A DNA stretch of 64,000 bases from Acidimicrobiia bacterium (lineage in GTDB: Bacteria; Actinomycetota; Acidimicrobiia; Acidimicrobiales; JANYDT01). Shown one piece after another: positions 58,390 through 64,000 of the stretch. The stretch is from assembly GCA_031383405.1 (NCBI GenBank), contig JANMZO010000293.1:3820-67819 (forward strand). Reading direction: 5' to 3'. The notes under the pieces are model-generated. The model was not told the origin of the DNA. It searched no databases and was given only the letters and a program-made list of their open reading frames with translations. Numbering within the stretch: position 1 is the stretch's first letter; each line of letters starts with the position of its first letter. Both the position numbers and the translations under genes were made by a program.

Positions 58390-58859
58390 ACGGAACCGTT
58401 CCGGAGATCGATGTTTCCGCCTACGGAAGAACCCTGGTCGACAGCGTCATTTCCGCATTGCCGACGTGGAGCCGAGAGGTGCTCAACACCCGGGTCGGCC
58501 CGACATCCGAGGCGAGTGATTCCGAGGTCTTAGGTTTGCTTGTGAACTGGATCGAAGCTCCGCTCACCGATCTGTTGACGGCCGACATCGACGCGCAGCG
58601 TGAGTCACCCCTGGCACTCCTACGCGCGCTTATTACTCCGCTGACAGACATACTCCGCTCTCTCGGAGCCACCGACGTTGAGCGCGACCCCTATGACAAG
58701 GAAGCGTTTCCGAACGATGTCTACGCGCTCGGCCCCAGGGCTTGGAGCGACTTTGGCGAATCCGTCGGCGACGCTGGTCTCCGCTGGGGGGCGGCCAAAG
58801 CAATGGCTCACCGTCGACGCCATGCGACGCCCAACCCGACGAAATCAGCCCGTCGCTGA
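58374..58859 (+). CDS. hypothetical protein
   Basis: 161-aa ORF with coding-like composition. No motif recognised. The start lies inside the repeat array. Confidence 0.5.
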   Translation: MTPDTDGTVPEIDVSAYGRTLVDSVISALPTWSREVLNTRVGPTSEASDSEVLGLLVNWIEAPLTDLLTADIDAQRESPLALLRALITPLTDILRSLGATDVERDPYDKEAFPNDVYALGPRAWSDFGESVGDAGLRWGAAKAMAHRRRHATPNPTKSARR

Positions 58860-58982
58860 TGGTCCGTCGCTGAAATGCCGGGATGGTGTGCGTTGAATGT
58901 CGAGGACGAAGAAAACCCGGTTCACAGGCAGGTTTCGCCGCTCACGACGTTCAAGGTATTTCTGCGAAGGTGCGCTAGCAAG

Positions 58983-59168
58983 CTACTCGCGCTTGTCTTC
59001 GCCTTCGACCTGCCAGCCGACGCCGCTGATGGCACGCTTCTCAAAGAAGATGCAGTTGTCGGGACAGTCGAAGGGGACGGACTGGGCCATGTCGAGTCGA
59101 CACCGTTCCACCGATCCGGCCGGAGTGGACCTGGACGAGTAGTGACGACAATCAGACCGAACCGACAT
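58983..59168 (-). CDS. small Cys-rich hypothetical protein (C-x16-C-x12-C-P-x2-C)
   Basis: 61 aa, GC3 about 75-80% by eye, convergent with the preceding ORF. Competing longer ORFs are antisense to the Nudix gene. Confidence 0.4.
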   Translation of the reverse strand: MSVRSDCRHYSSRSTPAGSVERCRLDMAQSVPFDCPDNCIFFEKRAISGVGWQVEGEDKRE

Positions 59169-59260
59169 CCTGTCAGCGTAGGTGCTCCGTACAGAGTCGC
59201 GTGCGCGCGATCAAGCTCTGACCTCGCGCAAAGGCGCTGCCGTCTCGGTAGGGTGGAGGG

Positions 59261-59980
59261 ATGGAACGCCCCGACACGCCTGAGCCGTTGACCACTCCCG
59301 ACGTCGGCCACCGCGACCTGGTGCGTTGGAGCGAGAGTCTCGCCGGGATCGCCCGCACCGGGCTCGGGTTCACGCAGAGCCGGTACGAGCGCGAGCGTTA
59401 CGAGGAGATCCTGCACGTCGCGGCCGACATGCGCCTGGCTGCTTCGGCGGGCGATGCCCCGGGCCATGGATCCCTCGACGAACTGCGTGCGGAATGGATG
59501 AAGAGTGTTGGGCTGGGCGTGCCCGGTTATGTGACACCGAAGGTTGCCATCGGCGCAGTCGTCGGTAACGAACGGGATGAGATTCTTCTCATCCAACGGT
59601 CCGACTCCGGACACTGGCTCTATCCAACGGGTTGGGCCGACATTGGCTACTCCCCCGCCGAGGTCGCGGTGAAGGAGGTTCACGAGGAAACCGGTATCGA
59701 ATGCGAAGCTCTACAAATCCTCGGTGTGCTCGATGGCATGAGGCTCGGTTTCACCACCGTGCCGCTGTACTCGATTGTCTTCCACTGCCGGGCCACCGGC
59801 GGCTCGTTGAATCCCCACCCGCTTGAGGTGAACGACGTTGGTTGGTTTGCTCAGGACGCCTTGCCGTCACCGATCGTTTCGGTTGAGCGATGGGGACCCC
59901 AAGCGTTCGCTGCGATCAAGGGTCAACCCATCCAGGCCACGTTCGATCCTCCCAGGGACCCCGTGTGGAGAGCTGAGTAG
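59261..59980 (+). CDS. NUDIX hydrolase with Nudix N-terminal domain (ADP-ribose pyrophosphatase-like)
   Basis: GLGFTQSRYERERYEEI N-domain. Nudix box GWADIGYSPAEVAVKEVHEETGI. Confidence 0.85.
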   Translation: MERPDTPEPLTTPDVGHRDLVRWSESLAGIARTGLGFTQSRYERERYEEILHVAADMRLAASAGDAPGHGSLDELRAEWMKSVGLGVPGYVTPKVAIGAVVGNERDEILLIQRSDSGHWLYPTGWADIGYSPAEVAVKEVHEETGIECEALQILGVLDGMRLGFTTVPLYSIVFHCRATGGSLNPHPLEVNDVGWFAQDALPSPIVSVERWGPQAFAAIKGQPIQATFDPPRDPVWRAE

Positions 59981-60137
59981 CCGACCAGCGAGGACCGGGA
60001 AAGCGCCATCGAGGTCCCGGCGCACGGGCTGGGATCGACGCACAAACGGCTGCGACCGCTCCACTCGTTGAAAGCGGGAAACCCAAATCAATTCGACGTT
60101 GACGAATCGTCTACGGCTACGCCGGTAGCGTGCACAT

Positions 60138-61673
60138 GTGCAACGTCGACGAGCGCTCCTCTCCGTGTATGACAAGACCGGCCTACCCGCGTTCGCCAAG
60201 ACACTGGTGGAGGTGGGATTCGAACTCGTTTCAAGCGGGGGGACATCGGTTGCACTCGCAGCCGCCGGGATTCCACACATCAGCGTCGATGAGGTGACCG
60301 GGTTTCCTGAAATGCTCGATGGTCGGGTCAAGACGCTGCACCCGCGCATCCACGGCGGAATCCTGGCCGACCGGTCAAAGCCCGAACACCTCACCACGAT
60401 CGCCGAACACGACATCACGCCGATCGACCTCGTCGTGTGCAATCTCTATCCCTTCTCATCGAAGCCGAGTATCGAGCTCATCGACATTGGCGGCCCCTCA
60501 ATGGTGCGATCAGCCGCGAAGAACCATGAATCCGTCGCCGTCATCGTTTCTCCTTCCGACTACGACGGCGTGGCCGACGAGCTTCGCCACAACGGCCGGG
60601 TGCTCGCACAAACGCGTCATCGTCTCGCTGCGTTGGCGTTTGCACACACGGCCGACTACGACACAACCATCGCCAAATGGTTCGCCGAAGAGCTTGCGGT
60701 CGAGCCGGGTTCAGTCTCCGAAGCACTTCCCGAGAGACTCACGATCGTGGCGGATCGGGCCGAGATCCTGCGATACGGCGAAAACCCGCATCAGCGCGGT
60801 GCCCGATACCGGATCCGCGACGAACGGAGCTGGTGGGACCACGCAGTGCGACTCGGTGGCAAGGAGCTCAGCTATCTGAACGTTTATGACGCGGATGCGG
60901 CTTGGCGCCTCGTTCACGAGATGGGCGATCATCCTGCCGTGGCGATCATCAAGCATGCGAACCCCTGCGGTGCCGCCATTGCATCGACGGCGCTAACCGC
61001 GTACCAACTGGCGCACCGATGCGATCCGGTCTCGGCCTTCGGAGGGGTTGTGGCGGTGAATCGTCGCGTCGATGACGATCTGGCGGGCGAACTCGTCGAC
61101 ATATTCACCGAAGTGGTAGTGGCGCCGTCGTTCAGTTCGCGAGCGCTCGACATATTGCGCACGAAGAAGGCTCTACGCATTCTTGAGGCGCCGGCCCCGG
61201 GTCACAACACGCACATGATCCGTAGCATCGATGGCGGCCTCATCGTGCAAGACGCCGACTCCGTTCGCGCCGAGATCGAGGCGCGCCTGGGCTGGGAAGT
61301 CGTGACCGAGGCAGCTCCGACCGAGTCGCAGTGGCGTGACCTCGAGTTCGCATGGGCCGTTTGCGCGCACGTATCGTCCAACGCGATCGTGCTCGCGGAA
61401 GGTGGGCAGGCGCTAGGAATCGGCGCGGGCCAGCAGAGCCGGGTCGATTCGGCCCAGATCGCAGTTCGCAAAGCCGACGGTCGAGCACAGGGTGGTGTGG
61501 CGGCCAGCGATGCGTTCTTCCCGTTCCGCGACGGGCTCGACCTCGTCGCTTCCGCCGGTGTGCGGGCGGTGATTCAACCCGGAGGTTCCATGCGCGATCC
61601 CGAGGTGATTGAGGCGGCGAACGGGCACGGCGTCGCCATGGTGTTCACCGGCCGCCGCCACTTCCGCCACTGA
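60138..61673 (+). CDS. purH: bifunctional AICAR formyltransferase / IMP cyclohydrolase
   Basis: [35 protein letters not shown] and the C-terminal GGSMRD motifs. GTG start. Confidence 0.95.
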   Translation: MQRRRALLSVYDKTGLPAFAKTLVEVGFELVSSGGTSVALAAAGIPHISVDEVTGFPEMLDGRVKTLHPRIHGGILADRSKPEHLTTIAEHDITPIDLVVCNLYPFSSKPSIELIDIGGPSMVRSAAKNHESVAVIVSPSDYDGVADELRHNGRVLAQTRHRLAALAFAHTADYDTTIAKWFAEELAVEPGSVSEALPERLTIVADRAEILRYGENPHQRGARYRIRDERSWWDHAVRLGGKELSYLNVYDADAAWRLVHEMGDHPAVAIIKHANPCGAAIASTALTAYQLAHRCDPVSAFGGVVAVNRRVDDDLAGELVDIFTEVVVAPSFSSRALDILRTKKALRILEAPAPGHNTHMIRSIDGGLIVQDADSVRAEIEARLGWEVVTEAAPTESQWRDLEFAWAVCAHVSSNAIVLAEGGQALGIGAGQQSRVDSAQIAVRKADGRAQGGVAASDAFFPFRDGLDLVASAGVRAVIQPGGSMRDPEVIEAANGHGVAMVFTGRRHFRH

Positions 61674-61677
61674 CCTT

Positions 61678-62118
61678 TCACGCGCCAGAGGCACCTTGGT
61701 GCTCAACCAGCACAACGGCGGTTCCCTGCACGACGCGCTCACCCTCGCGTTCGAGCCAGATCTCACACACCGCCCGCACCCCGTTCACGCCGTCAGCCGA
61801 CGCCTCCGCTTCGATCAGTTCGACCACCCTCCCCCTGGCGACAACATGGTCTCCGTCGAGAACCGGACGTCCGAACGTGACCGTCAAGCGGCGGACGCAG
61901 CTCGCACCGGCCCAGGCCAGCAACATGTTGACGAGGTATCCCAGGTTGAGCGGGCCCTGATTGATCACGCGTCCCCCAAGCCCGAGGCGCTCGTTCGCGG
62001 CACGGTCCCAGTGCACGGGATAGGGATCCCGAAGGATCGCAGCCATGGTCTTCATACGCGCGGGATCAACGCTCGGCATTTCCCATGGGGGAATCTCATC
62101 GCCGACGTGAACAATCAT
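61678..62118 (-). CDS. MaoC family dehydratase (hotdog fold)
   Basis: 146 aa. DPYPVHWD ... [11 protein letters not shown] pattern of the MaoC hydratase motif region. Confidence 0.75.
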   Translation of the reverse strand: MIVHVGDEIPPWEMPSVDPARMKTMAAILRDPYPVHWDRAANERLGLGGRVINQGPLNLGYLVNMLLAWAGASCVRRLTVTFGRPVLDGDHVVARGRVVELIEAEASADGVNGVRAVCEIWLEREGERVVQGTAVVLVEHQGASGA

Positions 62119-62552
62119 GCGTCTCTCCGGAATCGCCAGCGGTTGGTGATCCTCGCCACCAGCCCGTCACGATCGAAGAGCTCTATGGAAAACGCCACCC
62201 GATCGACAACTCCGCCCGACCCATCCCCGCCGGTCGTGCGTTCGGCCTCGACAATTCCGCCTTCCATTCGGTACCTCACGTGTTCCCGTAGAGGCTGCAT
62301 GTACTCCCAGTCGTAGCTTTCCAGCCCCACCGATCCAGCGCCGGTCGCCCCGCCCAGCCGGAAAAGCTCGGTGATACTTGTGCCGGCGCCCAGGATCGGG
62401 GCGTGGAACAGCACGACCGGGTGGGCGAGCCCGTCGGGTAGCGGCTCACGGCCCGTGCAATCCGTCAGCAACCAGTTCTCCCAGCGCTCGATGGTGTACG
62501 AACCACCCGCGAAGCGATGTCCGACGAGCGCGTGCAGTTCGGCTTCAGTCAT
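62115..62552 (-). CDS. MaoC_dehydrat_N-like hotdog protein (partner subunit, HadA/HadB-type arrangement)
   Basis: 145 aa. 4-nt overlap with the downstream MaoC gene. Confidence 0.7.
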   Translation of the reverse strand: MTEAELHALVGHRFAGGSYTIERWENWLLTDCTGREPLPDGLAHPVVLFHAPILGAGTSITELFRLGGATGAGSVGLESYDWEYMQPLREHVRYRMEGGIVEAERTTGGDGSGGVVDRVAFSIELFDRDGLVARITNRWRFRRDA

Positions 62553-62575
62553 GGTGCTACTGGGGCAGGGGTGAC

Positions 62576-62614
62576 GGAATTCGATCGGGAATTCGATCGG
62601 GAATTCGGCATCGG
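62576..62614. repeat. 12-bp tandem repeat x~3 (ggaattcgatcg), three GAATTC sites
   Basis: 62576-62587, 62588-62599 and a degenerate third copy at 62600-62614, 24 nt upstream of the MaoC operon start. Confidence 0.9.
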
Positions 62615-62780
62615 GCGAAACTGACCGACAAGCCAGTTCAACGCAAAGAGTGTCACGTGACCAACCCTATGTGGTTTGTAGGGCGAGGTCGCAGTCAGAC
62701 CCGCCAAACCAGGTCACAGTCGTCGGAACGGGTGCACCGCCCGATTTTGCCCGTCGACGGTGGCGTGCGAAGGTACGCCG

Positions 62781-63650
62781 ATGAAATTCGGACTCGCATT
62801 CGCCAGCAGCATCGGAATCGAAGGCCCTGAGGCGCTGGAGCTGTGCCGTGAGGCCGAGGCCCTCGGCTTCGATTCGGTATGGGGCGGCGAGCACGTGATT
62901 CTGCCGACGACGATTGATTCGACGTATCCCTACACTGTTGACGGGAAGATCCCAGCGTTGCCCGACACGCCGATTCCCGACCCACTCATCTGGCTGGCCT
63001 TCGTCGCCGCGGCGGCACCGACGCTTCGGCTCGGCACGTGCATCCTGATCGTCCCGCAACGCAACCCACTCGTGTTAGCCAAAGAACTCGCCACCCTGGA
63101 TCGGCTGAGCGGAGGTCGGGTCGAGCTGGGAATCGGAGTCGGCTGGATGCGCGAGGAGTTCGACTCCCTCGGCGTTCCATGGGACCGGCGAGGGGCCCGC
63201 AACGACGAGTACATCGCCGCAATGCAGGCCCTGTGGGCCGGACCGCACGCGGAATTCCATGGCGAGTTCGTCGACTTCGCCCCAGCAACCTGTAGTCCCC
63301 GTCCCGTCCAGAAGAAGATTCCCATCCATGTCGGTGGCGATACGCCGGTGGCGTTGCGGCGGACCGTTCGCATTGCCGACGGCTACTTCCCCGGTGAAGG
63401 CGACGCAACCCGCCTGGCCGAACTGATCGGTCGGCTCCACCGCACCGCGGTCGAGCGCGACCGCGATCCGAAGACGATCGAGATCAACGCGATATTCGCC
63501 GGGTTCGCTGACCCAGCCGGGAGCGCGGAGAAGTTCGTCGAGATCGGTGTCGATCGGGCCATGGTCCCGGCGTTCGCGTTTGCCGGGCCGGGTGGGCTTG
63601 ACCGAATGCGCGGCTTCGCCGAAAAGGTCATGCCCAGAGCGGGTCGTTGA
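62781..63650 (+). CDS. luciferase-like monooxygenase (LLM) class, probably F420-dependent, oxidoreductase
   Basis: MKFGLAF ... GFDSVWGGEHV ... LRLGTCILIVPQRNP ... GRVELGIGVGW. Confidence 0.8.
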   Translation: MKFGLAFASSIGIEGPEALELCREAEALGFDSVWGGEHVILPTTIDSTYPYTVDGKIPALPDTPIPDPLIWLAFVAAAAPTLRLGTCILIVPQRNPLVLAKELATLDRLSGGRVELGIGVGWMREEFDSLGVPWDRRGARNDEYIAAMQALWAGPHAEFHGEFVDFAPATCSPRPVQKKIPIHVGGDTPVALRRTVRIADGYFPGEGDATRLAELIGRLHRTAVERDRDPKTIEINAIFAGFADPAGSAEKFVEIGVDRAMVPAFAFAGPGGLDRMRGFAEKVMPRAGR

Positions 63651-63728
63651 CCCGTCGCCCCTTTACACGCTGCTTCGCAGGTGACAGCACACCAATTGTC
63701 GATCAGGGTTCTGTTTCGAGGAACGAAC

Positions 63729-64000
63729 TCAGTTCGCGCTGCGCGGCTTTCGTTCAAGCAGCTTTGCCCCTTCGTCAAAGTCGGCCGGCTCCAGCCGCGT
63801 GAGGTCATCACGGTTGAGTTTGTCGATCACGTTGGTATCGATGGTCGACGCACCGGTTCCGTTGCCGGAAAGTCTGAGCGCCTGCCGGTTCAGAGACTGC
63901 TCGAACAGGTTCCTGGCGTAGCGGGCGTTGCCAAAGCCCTCGGTTCGCGCCACCCGCAGGAACAGATGCGTCAGCGCCCGACGTGATCCTTCGCCGAGCG
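63729..64000 (-). CDS. AAA ATPase of the CbxX/SpoVK/EccA type, C-terminal part (5' end outside window)
   Basis: The frame stays open to the window edge. GFGNARYARNLFEQ helical-lid motif. Confidence 0.55.
   Translation of the reverse strand, partial: LGEGSRRALTHLFLRVARTEGFGNARYARNLFEQSLNRQALRLSGNGTGASTIDTNVIDKLNRDDLTRLEPADFDEGAKLLERKPRSAN

Noticed and set aside
59981-60137. Looked for a ZTP (pfl) riboswitch upstream of purH
   Set aside because: I did not find the conserved GGGTCGTGAC...CCGCCTGGGC-type elements by eye. A covariance-model scan would be needed to be certain.
60215-60227. GGGATTCGAACTC, resembling a tRNA T-arm
   Set aside because: It lies inside the purH coding sequence ([12 protein letters not shown]), and no cloverleaf can be drawn around it.

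Overview
High-GC (roughly 65%) actinobacterial-type chromosomal segment, densely packed on both strands with mostly housekeeping genes. These include cysS (partial), valS, a UPF0182 membrane protein, a DivIVA-domain protein, a PDZ/Lon-like protease, mreB, moaE, ppk1 with a SixA-like phosphatase, tatA, whiB, a sugar ABC transporter, sdhCAB, crp, carD-ispD-ispF, rlmB, glycerate kinase, groEL with two CIRCE operators, chdC/hemQ, purH and a MaoC hotdog pair. There are two tRNA genes: initiator tRNA-Met and tRNA-Thr(UGU). I saw no rRNA, CRISPR array, transposase or integrase. Five things are unusual. (1) Short tandem repeats (6-22 bp units, very often exactly 3 copies, unrelated unit sequences) are strikingly dense at gene boundaries, and several duplicate a start- or stop-codon region. 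(2) A ~1 kb single-gene AbiEi-like/DUF559 cassette is bracketed by 44-bp direct repeats of an AT-rich hairpin, and the duplication includes the 3' end of the neighbouring vWA gene. (3) An exact 53-bp copy of the 3' part of the initiator tRNA bounds a 1.3 kb remnant that holds a doubly truncated histidine-kinase fragment. (4) mreB has no canonical start codon upstream of its ATP-binding motif; a Shine-Dalgarno-spaced CTG is the best candidate. (5) There is an uncharacterised AAA+ (ChlI/MoxR-like) plus vWA gene pair. All product names come from motif recognition by eye; no database search or folding computation was run, and start codons are often uncertain.
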